A stretch of DNA of 64,000 nt from a candidate division FCPU426 bacterium (GCA_963796105.1 CAWCKJ010000004.1:1184001-1248000); one strand, 5' to 3'. Shown: positions 1-9,478, counted from the first letter of the stretch. Translations and numbers: made by a program. The notes: a model not told the origin generated them from the letters alone.

Positions 1-1
1 G

Positions 2-943
2 CTTTCCGTGAGCCGCCTCTGCCTGGGAACGATGAATTTCGGGCCGGTCACCACCGAAGCCGGCAGCTTCGCCATCATGGACAAGGCCCTGGAACTCGGC
101 ATCAATTTCTTCGACTCGGCCAACGTATACGGCTGGAAAAAAGGGGAGGGAGTCACCGAGCGGATTATCGGGCGTTGGTTCGCCCAGGGGGGCTGCCGCA
201 GGGAAAAAACCGTGCTGGCCACCAAGGTTTACGGGGACATGGGCGACTGGCCCAACACCTCCCGGTTGTCCGCGCTCCACATCACCAAGGCTTGCGAGGC
301 CAGCCTGAAGCGCCTGAAGACGGACTACATCGACCTCTACCAGATGCACCATGTGGACCTGGAGGCGCCCTGGGAGGAAGTCTGGCAGGCCATGGAAAAC
401 CTCGTCCGCTCCGGAAAGGTGCTCTATGTGGGAAGCAGTAATTTCGCGGCCTGGAACATCGTCCAGGCCAACGAAGCGGCCAAAAGCCGGCATTTCATGG
501 GCCTGGTCTCGGAGCAGAGCCATTACAACCTCAAGACCCGCATGGTCGAGCTGGAAGTATTGCCGGCCTGCCGTGCCTACGGCCTGGGCGTGATTCCCTG
601 GAGCCCCCTGGCCGGAGGGTTGCTGGGCGGCGTCATGAAAAAGGTCAAGGAAGGGCGGCGCCAGGACCCGAGGGTGCAAAAGGAACTGAAGGAGAACCAC
701 CTTAAGTACTCGGCCTGGGAAAAAATGTGCTCGCGTTTGGGCGAGGAGCCGGCGAACCTGGCCCTGGCCTGGCTGTTGAGCCGGGAGGGCGTGACAGCTC
801 CCATCATCGGGCCCCGAACCATGGCCCAGCTCGAGGGATGCCAGAGGGCTCTCAAGATCAAGTTCTCGGCGGATACTCTCAAGAAAATCGACGCCATCTT
901 CCCCGGGCCGGGGGGCGCGGCGCCCAAGGCCTATGCCTGGTAA
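2..943 (+). CDS. Aldo/keto reductase (5'-truncated by window edge)
   Basis: VSRLCLGTMNFG, FFDSANVYG, LATKV, DYIDLYQMH, IPWSPLAGG and PIIGPRT motifs; the frame is open to the window start. Confidence 0.93.
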   Translation, partial: LSVSRLCLGTMNFGPVTTEAGSFAIMDKALELGINFFDSANVYGWKKGEGVTERIIGRWFAQGGCRREKTVLATKVYGDMGDWPNTSRLSALHITKACEASLKRLKTDYIDLYQMHHVDLEAPWEEVWQAMENLVRSGKVLYVGSSNFAAWNIVQANEAAKSRHFMGLVSEQSHYNLKTRMVELEVLPACRAYGLGVIPWSPLAGGLLGGVMKKVKEGRRQDPRVQKELKENHLKYSAWEKMCSRLGEEPANLALAWLLSREGVTAPIIGPRTMAQLEGCQRALKIKFSADTLKKIDAIFPGPGGAAPKAYAW

Positions 944-1152
944 AAAAAGCCCTTAATAAAAGGTTTTTCCTGGCGCCTTCCGATTTTTTTTTACCGTTAT
1001 TTTTCCGACAATTTTATCGTAAAATAACCCCCTGTTTTTATTAACCTAAACCCATTCCGACCATGCCTATCCAACTCCTCAGGAATCATTTTTTTGCGGA
1101 TGACCGGCACTCAATGAGTCCCGGAGTGAATCACTAGATCAACAGGAAATCC

Positions 1153-3051
1153 ATGGGCCTTCGCTCGATGTTTAGCTCCGTTTCGGGTCTCCAGTCCGAC
1201 AGCAATTGGCTGGACGTGATCGGGAACAACATCTCCAACGCGAACACGGTGGGGTATAAGGGAAGCCGCGTGGAGTTCGCCAGCCAGTTCGACCAGGGCC
1301 TGTTCGGCGGCTCCGCGGACAATCCTTCCGCCGGCTCGGGCGGCACCGACCCTGTCGGGGTCGGGCTGGGCACCAGGATGCAGTCCATCGACACACTTTT
1401 TACCCAGGGCGCGACCCAAGACACAGGGAACCCCTTGGATGTCTCCATCCAGGGCAACGGGTTCCTCATCGCCAAGAAGGACGGCCAGACCTACCTGACC
1501 CGCGCGGGCAACCTCACCTTTGACAGCCAGGGAAACCTGGTGGACCAGAACGGGGGGCTGATCCAGGGCTACAGCGCCTCCCTGACGCAGGAAGACACCG
1601 TCATCAACTCGACCTCCAATGTTCCCGGTTCGCCCGCCGTGACTATCAGCGCGTCCCTGACGGTGGATTCCAGCAACCCCGCCAGCATCACGAATATCCA
1701 GGTCAATCCCGATATGACCCTGCCGGCCCAACCCACGACCGAGGTTACTTTCCAGGGCAACCTGGACTCTTTCCAGCAGGCATCCAATCCCGGCGGGATC
1801 ACGGACTTAGCTCCTGGCGGGAATCCTATACTTCCCGTCGCGTGGAACGCCTATTTCTTCCCCCCGGGAATCGCGATGGACCCGACCCGCCTGGTTCCGA
1901 CGGCCCTGCAGGGCGGGGGTTACCCCAACTTCGGGCAGGATTTCGCATTACAGCAGGAAGGTAACCTTTCCGCGACCACGGCTTTTCCCATCCTGAACGG
2001 GGGGATCAGCCTGAGCGGGATGATTGGATTGGGGGGGACATACGCCTGGGACCAGGTCCCACCCATCACACCGGCGGACCAGGCCTCCATCCAGATCTAC
2101 GATTCCCTTGGTAACCCGAGAAATATCACCATCCAGTTCTACCAAATCGACGACTTGGGCGCGGCGGGAATCAATAATCCCGCCGGGCCCAACCAGGTTT
2201 GTTACGCCTGGTACGCTTTTGACACGACCGGCGGGGTTCCGGTGAAAACCTCGAATCTCCTGGGCGGGACGGGAATCGTCGAGGGCGATAACCTGCCGGA
2301 ATTCAACAATTGGCTCTATGACCGAGGGATCAATAACAACGTCTATATGGGGGATTTCGTTTGGTTCAATACTGACGGCTCCCTGGCTTCCAGCGGGGGA
2401 AGCGGAGGGCCCGATAACACCCCTCCGGGCGTCCCCAACTTCATGACGGTGCCCCGGATCTATATCCCGGCTTTCAATGTCAACCCGCCGGCGTCGCCTA
2501 TTCCCACACAGGGCGCGGGAATCGACGCTATCTTCCTGAACTTCGGGTCCTACGGGGTATTAGGCACGGGACGGCGTAACGGGCTCTACAGCGACGGGGA
2601 AGGAAGCTACCAGATCATCAACGGGGTCAGCACCTATGTGCCCAAGCAGACTGCCGCGGCCGTCTCGCAGAACGGCTACGCGGACGGGACCCTTCAAGGC
2701 CTGGGATTCCAGGAGGACGGGACCCTGTTGGGCAGTTTCTCCAACGGGCAGAAAGCCCCCCTCGCCCAATTGGCCCTGGCCAACGTGCAGAACGAGGAAG
2801 GACTGGAGAGGGTGGGGGGCAATTATTTCGCGGCTTCCGCCAACACCGGGGAATTCCAAATGGGCGTGGCGGGCAAGAACGGCTTCGGCCTGGTGCAGGG
2901 CGGGACCCTGGAACAGTCCAACGTGGACCTGACCACCGAGATGGTGACCTTGATCCAGGCTCAGCGTAGCTTCAACTCCAACGCCCGCATGTTGGCCACG
3001 AACGTGGAGACCATGCAGACCCAGGAGCAGTTGGGCCAGGGCTCGACTTAA
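1153..3051 (+). CDS. flgE: Flagellar hook protein FlgE-like, long form (632 aa)
   Basis: N-terminal SGL...LDVIGNNISNANTVGYK, TGNPLDVSIQGNGF and YLTRAGN; C-terminal LEQSNVDLTTEMVTLIQAQRSFNSNA; YDSLGN D2 motif. Confidence 0.88.
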   Translation: MGLRSMFSSVSGLQSDSNWLDVIGNNISNANTVGYKGSRVEFASQFDQGLFGGSADNPSAGSGGTDPVGVGLGTRMQSIDTLFTQGATQDTGNPLDVSIQGNGFLIAKKDGQTYLTRAGNLTFDSQGNLVDQNGGLIQGYSASLTQEDTVINSTSNVPGSPAVTISASLTVDSSNPASITNIQVNPDMTLPAQPTTEVTFQGNLDSFQQASNPGGITDLAPGGNPILPVAWNAYFFPPGIAMDPTRLVPTALQGGGYPNFGQDFALQQEGNLSATTAFPILNGGISLSGMIGLGGTYAWDQVPPITPADQASIQIYDSLGNPRNITIQFYQIDDLGAAGINNPAGPNQVCYAWYAFDTTGGVPVKTSNLLGGTGIVEGDNLPEFNNWLYDRGINNNVYMGDFVWFNTDGSLASSGGSGGPDNTPPGVPNFMTVPRIYIPAFNVNPPASPIPTQGAGIDAIFLNFGSYGVLGTGRRNGLYSDGEGSYQIINGVSTYVPKQTAAAVSQNGYADGTLQGLGFQEDGTLLGSFSNGQKAPLAQLALANVQNEEGLERVGGNYFAASANTGEFQMGVAGKNGFGLVQGGTLEQSNVDLTTEMVTLIQAQRSFNSNARMLATNVETMQTQEQLGQGST

Positions 3052-3258
3052 AAAAATTAAATCCATCCAAAGCCGGAGCAGTTTCCGCAGTAAGTTTCTC
3101 CCGCCTTATCAAGCCTAGATTTTAACTGAGTCAAACCCTCGCGTTGATTTTTTGAAAGCCATCCTTTTCCCGGTTTTAAATTCCACCCGCCAAGTTCGTC
3201 GCGCGAATTAAAACCAAGTACCCGCTGGGTAACCCGATTCAATTATCCACTCTCCAAG

Positions 3259-3301
3259 CCGTGATCTAAGTCACGGAAAACCAAAATTAAATCTGTACTA
3301 T
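3259..3301 (+). promoter_or_regulatory. CRP/FNR-family-like palindrome plus candidate -10 upstream of the redox cluster
   Basis: CCGTGA-N6-TCACGG at 3259-3276; TACTAT at 3296-3301 puts the site centre near -41. Confidence 0.45.
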
Positions 3302-3530
3302 TTAGTAAAGAATGATGTCATAAAAAAGTCACTCCTTCGCAGGGACGAAAATTATTTCCCGGAAAAAGGTCCGGGGTCTTGCAATAAAAACCGGCGCGAC
3401 TGACAATCCATTCACGAGCATGTGTGAAAAGATTAAATGAGGTAACCGAAAGTAACTTCACTTCTCAGGAAATTTTCACGCGTGAGTCCGGCAGGTCCAA
3501 TCTTATCTTGAATCGTAAAAGGAGAGCGAA

Positions 3531-4232
3531 ATGTCGAGTAAAAAAAATCCGGTCCGGGCCGGGAGAAAAATATTTTCAAGAGCTTTGATCGGCGAGGCGG
3601 CCCTGGGCTTGAGCCTGGGATTGTTCCTGGTCTCCTTCGCGTTCGCGGACGGGGGAGGGAGCGTCTCCGGGGCCATCCACGTGAAGAAAGCCTACGTGGA
3701 AACCACGGGGGCCAAGAGCGACAAGGACGTGGTGGTGTACCTGGTGCCCGCGGCGAAGACCGCCTTCACGGCCCCGGCGGAGCACGCCAAGATGGACCAA
3801 ACCAAGCTCAATTTCATCCCCCGCGTGCTGGCCGTGCAAAAGGGAACCACCGTGGATTTCCTGAACAACGATTCCGTCAACCACAACGTCTCCTCCCCGG
3901 CCGCCTGCTGTTCCTTCGACCTGGGCCAATGGGGCAAGGGCGCGGTCAAGAGTTATAAGTTCGATACCGCGGGGGTCGCCCCCCTGCTTTGCAGCTTGCA
4001 TCCCGAGATGGGCGCTTTCGTGGTCGTCGTTGACACGCCCTATTTCACCACGGCCTCCCTCGTGACCAACAACGAGGAAAAGAAGCAATACGCCAAGTAC
4101 TCGATCGCGGGCGTTCCGGCGGGGGATTACACCCTGAAGGTTTGGAACGGCAAATTGACTGCCGCGGACCAAAAAGTGACCGTGGCCGACGGCGCCGCGA
4201 CGGCCGCCGACATCGACATCCACAAGAAATAG
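3531..4232 (+). CDS. Secreted cupredoxin (type-1 Cu site) with carboxypeptidase-regulatory-like C-terminal domain
   Basis: Signal peptide ending AFA; FIPRVLAVQKGTTVDFLN; HNV...C-S-L-H-P-E-M ligand pattern; YSIAGVPAGDYTLKVW. Confidence 0.8.
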   Translation: MSSKKNPVRAGRKIFSRALIGEAALGLSLGLFLVSFAFADGGGSVSGAIHVKKAYVETTGAKSDKDVVVYLVPAAKTAFTAPAEHAKMDQTKLNFIPRVLAVQKGTTVDFLNNDSVNHNVSSPAACCSFDLGQWGKGAVKSYKFDTAGVAPLLCSLHPEMGAFVVVVDTPYFTTASLVTNNEEKKQYAKYSIAGVPAGDYTLKVWNGKLTAADQKVTVADGAATAADIDIHKK

Positions 4233-4267
4233 AAACCACATCCAAATTAAGGGCCGGGGGAGGGTCC

Positions 4268-4804
4268 ATGAATTTCTCGAACAAGGGAAAGTGGGTTTTG
4301 GCCGTCTTCATCACGGCGGCCGGGGCCCTGCTTCCGGGTTTCATGACCCCTCCGCCTACGGAGGCCCCCCAGCGCAGGGATTTCGACATCGTGGCCCACA
4401 AGTACGCCTATGACCCCCCTGTTATCACCGTCAACCAGGGGGACGAGGTCCACATCAAGTTCTCCTCCCGGGACGTGACCCATGGTTTTTTCCTGGAAGG
4501 CTACGACATCGACGCCTTATCCGAGGCGGGCAAGCAGGGCATCCTATTCCGCCATCCCTCCGCGACCGCCTCCTTCACTCCGGCAGAGGAAATCACCTTC
4601 AAGGCGGATCAAAGGGGCAAGTTCAGGTACCGCTGTTCCATGACCTGCGGCTACATGCATCCCTTCATGATGGGCGTGATGATCGTCAAGCCCAACTCGC
4701 TCTTCGGAATGGCCTCGGGGCTCATGACCGGGTTGTTCTTGGCCGGTTTCGTCCTGGCCTGGCCCGCCAGGAAAATCCAGGTCCCCCAGGAGGCGGCCTC
4801 GTGA
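4268..4804 (+). CDS. Membrane-anchored CuA cupredoxin (cytochrome c oxidase subunit II-like)
   Basis: GGAGG-type RBS before ATG 4268; DVTHGF and C-x3-C-x3-H-x2-M (CSMTCGYMHPFM); hydrophobic N- and C-terminal segments. Confidence 0.8.
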   Translation: MNFSNKGKWVLAVFITAAGALLPGFMTPPPTEAPQRRDFDIVAHKYAYDPPVITVNQGDEVHIKFSSRDVTHGFFLEGYDIDALSEAGKQGILFRHPSATASFTPAEEITFKADQRGKFRYRCSMTCGYMHPFMMGVMIVKPNSLFGMASGLMTGLFLAGFVLAWPARKIQVPQEAAS

Positions 4805-5268
4805 AAAGAAAACTCCAGGACCTCACCCCGCGGGAAATGCTGGCCTTGGCCGTCTCCATCGAGCAATCAAACCAGATGGCCCTTCACAACTTCTCCGGGA
4901 TGTTCCAAGGCTACGATGAAATGGTTTCCCTGAACTTCGAGGAAATGTCCCTGGAGGAGAACCGGCACGGCCAGCTCCTTCTGCAAAAGTACAACAAGTT
5001 GTTCAAGGAGCCCCTCCCCGAAATCAACGCTTTCGACGTGGAGGAAGTGGTGGAGGCCCTGGACTTCGACGATTCCGAGCACCTCATCTTCGACAGCCTG
5101 AAGGCGAAAAAGGTTTACCAGCTCGTGTATGAGGCCGAAAAAAGGGCCAAAAATTTTTACGACAACGCCGCGAGAGTCGTGAAGAACCAGGAACTTGTGA
5201 CCCTGTTCAAGGAACTGGCCGATATCGAGGGAAGTCACGCGGCCTGGCTGGAAAACAAAATCATATAG
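4801..5268 (+). CDS. Ferritin-like / rubrerythrin-family diiron protein
   Basis: LALAVSIE, EENRH, YEAEKRAKNFY and ELADIEGSH (paired ExxH); GTGA overlap with the upstream gene. Confidence 0.8.
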   Translation: MKRKLQDLTPREMLALAVSIEQSNQMALHNFSGMFQGYDEMVSLNFEEMSLEENRHGQLLLQKYNKLFKEPLPEINAFDVEEVVEALDFDDSEHLIFDSLKAKKVYQLVYEAEKRAKNFYDNAARVVKNQELVTLFKELADIEGSHAAWLENKII

Positions 5269-5278
5269 GAGAGAACCC

Positions 5279-6799
5279 GTGAGCGAAGCCGTGAATCCCG
5301 AGATACCGATCCAGCCCCTGCCGAATCCCGCGCCCGTGGCGCGGTCCCTCCCGACGCCCCTGTCCCCCCCGCCTCCCCTGGAGGGATGGCGCATCGACCT
5401 GCTGAAGGCCTTTCCCCCGCTCAAGTGGCTGGTGAAACAGCGCTGGTTCCAGTTCGCGGTGGTCCTTCCCAACCTCATCTTCTTCATCCTCTTCCTGATG
5501 GCGGGAATCTGGGGAACGCCCGTGGGCAACCGCAACATCCTGATCGTCTTCGTGTGGATCTTCTGGTGGTTCCTCCTCATCAGCGCCATGGTGCCGTTTC
5601 TTTCCCGCGTCTGGTGCACCGTCTGCCCTTTCCCCTTCTTCGGGGAATGGATCCAGCGGGGCTCCCTGACCACCCCCAAGATGGCCACACCCGGGGCCAG
5701 GGGCGTCAAGGTGGGCGTCAACCGCTACTTTGGCCTCAACCTGCGCTGGCCCAAGGCCCTCTCCAACATCTGGATGCAGAACCTGGGCTTCCTGGGCCTC
5801 TGCACCTTCAGCGCCTTCTACCTGACCAGGCCTTTGGCCAGCGTGATCGTGCTGGGAACCCTCATCGTTATCGCCACCATCCTCCCCCTCATTTTCCGGC
5901 AGAGGGCCTTCTGCAACTACGTCTGCCCCGTTTCCGGGTTCCTGAGCCTCTACTCGATGAGCTCCATGGCGGAGGTGAGGTCCAAGGACGCGGACGTCTG
6001 CCTCAAGTGCCACGACAAGAGCTGCCTGGTGGGAAGCGAGAGGGGATGGGGCTGTCCCTGGTTCAATTTCCCCAGCAAGATGGAGCGAAACAACTACTGC
6101 GGGATGTGCATGGAATGCGTCAAGTCCTGCCCCCACGACAACATGACGGTGCGCCTGCGGCCCTTCGCCACCGACACCAAGCTCAAGGGATACGACGAGG
6201 CCTGGAAGGCCTTCATCATGCTCTGCCTGGCCCTGGCCTACAGCGTCATTTACCTGGGCCCCTACGGCATCTTCAAGGACCTGGCCAACTTCACCGAGAG
6301 CGGGAAGGGCGCGGGGGCCTTTATGTGCTACGCCCTCGTCCTCTGGAGCCTTCCCATGGCCGTTCTTCCGTCCATATTCTCCCTCTTCCACTGGATATCC
6401 CGGAAGGCCGCGGGCGCGCCTCCCAAGCCCTGGAAGGAATCATTCCTGTTGATGGCCTACCCCCTGGTGCCCTTGGGCCTGCTGGCCTGGATCGCCTTCA
6501 GCCTTCCCTTGATCTTCATCAACGGCAGTTACATCCTCGTCACCCTCTCCGACCCCTTCGGATGGGGCTGGGACCTTTTCCACACGGCCCACACCCCCTG
6601 GTTCCCGATCGTCCCGCAGTACATGCCGGCCATCCAGGTGGGCATCATGGCCATCGGGCTGATCCTGACCCTGAAATCGACCTTCAAGCAGGCGGGGAAG
6701 GTTTACGAGGACGCCGTGGCCAAGGTGCGGTTCGCGGCCCCCATGGCCGTTTTTTACACGGCCATCGTCCTTCTTTTCATCCAACTCTACGTGAACTGA
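5279..6799 (+). CDS. Polytopic 4Fe-4S membrane protein (NapH/MauN/NosR-like polyferredoxin)
   Basis: Many TM segments; WCTVCP and FCNYVCP; CLKCHDKSC...GCP and CGMCMECVKSCP ferredoxin motifs. Confidence 0.85.
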   Translation: MSEAVNPEIPIQPLPNPAPVARSLPTPLSPPPPLEGWRIDLLKAFPPLKWLVKQRWFQFAVVLPNLIFFILFLMAGIWGTPVGNRNILIVFVWIFWWFLLISAMVPFLSRVWCTVCPFPFFGEWIQRGSLTTPKMATPGARGVKVGVNRYFGLNLRWPKALSNIWMQNLGFLGLCTFSAFYLTRPLASVIVLGTLIVIATILPLIFRQRAFCNYVCPVSGFLSLYSMSSMAEVRSKDADVCLKCHDKSCLVGSERGWGCPWFNFPSKMERNNYCGMCMECVKSCPHDNMTVRLRPFATDTKLKGYDEAWKAFIMLCLALAYSVIYLGPYGIFKDLANFTESGKGAGAFMCYALVLWSLPMAVLPSIFSLFHWISRKAAGAPPKPWKESFLLMAYPLVPLGLLAWIAFSLPLIFINGSYILVTLSDPFGWGWDLFHTAHTPWFPIVPQYMPAIQVGIMAIGLILTLKSTFKQAGKVYEDAVAKVRFAAPMAVFYTAIVLLFIQLYVN

Positions 6800-6812
6800 G
6801 AAAGAGGAAACC

Positions 6813-7781
6813 ATGAAAATCCGGGAGCTGATCTCCATCGCCGCGACCCTGGCGGGCCTCGCCGCCGTGGCCGTGGTCCCTTTCTGGTACCAGAGGCAAA
6901 GATTGGCGGGGGAGCATAACGTCAAGACCATCGTCCTGACCGGAGTGGCCTCCACCGGCATCTGGACGGAGGACGACGTCACGGGCGCCAACTATTGGAA
7001 GGGCGATTTCAAGCCGGCGGAAATCCGCCTGGAGGCGGGCCAGCAGGTTCGCCTGATCCTGCGAAGCGCCGACGTTGTCCACCGCTTTTACATGCCGGAA
7101 CTGGGCATCGGGCCCATCGAGCTGGTCCCAGGCCATACCGAGGTGGTGAACTTCAAGGCCGACAAGGAGGGAATTTACCCCTATTACTGCACGGCGGTGT
7201 GCGGGGACTGCCATTTCCACATGCTGAACATGAGGGGATTGGTGGCCATCGGGAAAGAGGTCGATCCCAAGAACGTCCCCATCATCAACGAGCCCCTTTG
7301 CATGGCCAATATCACGTCCCCCATCCCCTCCTTCACGGATATCACCCAGAAGGGGCACTTCCTGTTCCAGACCCGCGGCTGCGTCACCTGCCACGGGGAG
7401 GACGGCGCGGGGGGCGTGCCGAACTTCAATTACGCCAGGGGAACCGTGCCGGCCCTGGACACGATGGCGGCCAAGCTGTCGCTGGAAAGCAAGGACGAGG
7501 CGGATGCCTTCACGAAGGCGCTGGAAGAGAAGAACGGACCCGCGAAGGACAAACCGGCCCCCGGATTGTCCAATTGGCCCCTGTCTTTCGCCCAGTACCA
7601 GTCGGTCCTGAAGACCATCGAGGGGGGAAGCCCTCCCCTGAAAGCGGACCCGAAGGGGCCTGAGCCGCCCCTCTTCATGCCCAGCTGGAAGGACAATCTG
7701 GACCATGAGCAGATCAACTCGATCATCGCCTTCCTCGTCTCAAAGCAAAAGTTCGAGGAGCACAAGGGCTGGGGGGAATAA
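6813..7781 (+). CDS. CuA cupredoxin fused to a monoheme cytochrome c
   Basis: N-terminal anchor; SADVVHRF and CTAVCGDCHFHM (CuA); CVTCHG heme motif with downstream MPSW. Confidence 0.82.
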   Translation: MKIRELISIAATLAGLAAVAVVPFWYQRQRLAGEHNVKTIVLTGVASTGIWTEDDVTGANYWKGDFKPAEIRLEAGQQVRLILRSADVVHRFYMPELGIGPIELVPGHTEVVNFKADKEGIYPYYCTAVCGDCHFHMLNMRGLVAIGKEVDPKNVPIINEPLCMANITSPIPSFTDITQKGHFLFQTRGCVTCHGEDGAGGVPNFNYARGTVPALDTMAAKLSLESKDEADAFTKALEEKNGPAKDKPAPGLSNWPLSFAQYQSVLKTIEGGSPPLKADPKGPEPPLFMPSWKDNLDHEQINSIIAFLVSKQKFEEHKGWGE

Positions 7782-7917
7782 AAACTCCCAGCGAGGAGCT
7801 GTTGAGAGTTTCATCGTTTGAATTTTGGAAATGATCCGCAATGAACTTCTGTGGTTGCGAAGCAACCTGTGGTGAAATCTTGGATTTGGTTGGAAGTATT
7901 AAAATAAGGAGAGTGAA

Positions 7918-9249
7918 ATGGCAAAGAATGATATGAAGGCGGTTTTGGGCGCCGTCGCCGTGATCCTGGGGTTGTGGATGGGCGCCAGCCCGGCCCAGGC
8001 CCTGCCGAGTTTCGCGAGGCAGACAGGCATGTCCTGCTCGGCCTGCCACACGGTTTTTCCGGAACTGACGACCTACGGGAGGACCTTCAAGCTTAACGGC
8101 TACACGACGAACAACTCCGATTCCCTCAAGGACGGGGCGGACGAGACGGGTTACAGGCTCAACATCAGCAACACGCCCCCGATTTCCGCCATGCTTCAGG
8201 TGGCCGATACCTTCACCAAGACCCCCCTTTCAGGAAACGTGGCGAACGGGTCTGACAACAACGGCCAATTGGAATTTCCGAGCCAGTTGAGCCTTTTCTA
8301 CGCGGGTGCCATCGCCCCCAAACTCGGGGCCTTCGCCCAGATCACCTATGATTCGGGCTCGGGAACCATTGGGATCGACAACACCGATATCCGCGTCGCG
8401 GACCGTTTCCAAGTCGCCAATACCGACCTGGTGCTGGGGATGACGCTCAATAACAACCCGACGGTGCAGGACGTTTTCAACAGCGTCCCGGCCTGGGGTT
8501 TTCCCTACGCCACGGGAAACACGGCCATCACGCCCTCAGTCGGCACCCAAATCGAGGGTTTGGGACAATCGGTCGGAGGACTGGGGGTCTATGCCTTTTG
8601 GAACCAGCTCCTGTACGCCGAGATTACCGCTTACCGAACAGCGCCCCAGGGAACGCCTGCGGCGGCTGACATCCAGGGTTTCGCGCCCTATTGGCGGGTG
8701 GCCTTGACCAAGGATTTCGGACAGAATTCCATCGAGGTGGGGGCCTACGGCCTGGACACTCACACTTATCCCGACGGGGTTGACCCGAGTTTGGGCTCCG
8801 CCGACGAGATTTCCGACTTCGCGGTGGACGGACAATACCAGTACGTGGGAAAGGAGCATATCCTGACCCTCAAGGGGACCTATATCTCGGAAAACCAGAC
8901 TTGGAATTTCTCCAACCTCAACGGATTGGCGGCGAACGCCAAGGATACGTTCCAATCCCTGCACGCGGACGCCACTTATTACTATGACCGGAAGCTCGGC
9001 GCCACCGTGGGCTATTTCACCACGACAGGCTCGGCGGATTCCGAGTTGTACGCCACGCTCGCCAATAACGTGCCGGACAGCGCCGGATGGATCCTGGAGG
9101 CCAATTACGTACCCTGGTACAACACCAAGTTCTCACTGCAATACACCATGTACGATAAGTTCGACGGCGCCGCCACGAATTACGACGGATTGGGACGAAA
9201 CGCATCCGATAACAATACCTTTATGGCCATGGCCTGGCTGATGTACTAA
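7918..9249 (+). CDS. cyc2: Cyc2-like outer-membrane cytochrome c-porin fusion
   Basis: Signal peptide, then LPSFARQTGMSCSACHTVFPELTTYGRTFKLNGY (Cyc2 N-terminal signature) and FPSQLSLFYAGAIAP; beta-barrel-like C-terminus ending in aromatic WLMY. Confidence 0.8.
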   Translation: MAKNDMKAVLGAVAVILGLWMGASPAQALPSFARQTGMSCSACHTVFPELTTYGRTFKLNGYTTNNSDSLKDGADETGYRLNISNTPPISAMLQVADTFTKTPLSGNVANGSDNNGQLEFPSQLSLFYAGAIAPKLGAFAQITYDSGSGTIGIDNTDIRVADRFQVANTDLVLGMTLNNNPTVQDVFNSVPAWGFPYATGNTAITPSVGTQIEGLGQSVGGLGVYAFWNQLLYAEITAYRTAPQGTPAAADIQGFAPYWRVALTKDFGQNSIEVGAYGLDTHTYPDGVDPSLGSADEISDFAVDGQYQYVGKEHILTLKGTYISENQTWNFSNLNGLAANAKDTFQSLHADATYYYDRKLGATVGYFTTTGSADSELYATLANNVPDSAGWILEANYVPWYNTKFSLQYTMYDKFDGAATNYDGLGRNASDNNTFMAMAWLMY

Positions 9250-9259
9250 AAAACCCTAA

Positions 9260-9435
9260 CAGGGTGCTGAAAAAGTCCCAAAAGCGGACTTTTTCAGCTG
9301 ACGACATTTGCGGAAACCCCACGATTCAACAGCGCTCATAGGGTAAATCCCCTATGTACCCTCAAACCAAAGCCTGCGGAATCTTTGGGGTCGCAGGTTG
9401 CTTTGTGGGCCTATTTTTACTTTTTCAGCAGCCTG
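9260..9435. mobile_element. MITE-like non-autonomous element
   Basis: Terminal inverted repeats CAGGGTGCTGAAAAAGT / ACTTTTTCAGCAGCCTG (16 of 17 match); 176 bp; no ORF. Confidence 0.55.
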
Positions 9436-9443
9436 ATAAATTT

Positions 9444-9478
9444 AAGGCCGGATCCCTTTGGGGTCCGGCCTTTTTTTT
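9444..9478 (+). terminator. Rho-independent terminator
   Basis: AAGGCCGGATCCC-TTT-GGGGTCCGGCC followed by T8. Confidence 0.85.

Noticed and set aside
1040..1075. Sigma-28 promoter for flgE
   Set aside because: TAAA-N14-GCCTATCC deviates in spacing and sequence; too weak to call
4142..4267. N-terminal extension of the CuA ORF as given in the track
   Set aside because: It overlaps the upstream gene; ATG 4268 has an RBS and begins a signal/anchor sequence
5261..6816. Long alternative-frame ORFs of 376 and 476 aa over the polyferredoxin gene
   Set aside because: GC-rich codon shadows with no motifs; the 5279 frame carries the conserved Cys motifs
4268..7781. Cytochrome c oxidase or nitrous-oxide reductase operon
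   Set aside because: Only CuA-type domains are present; there is no subunit I and no NosZ propeller or nosDFY
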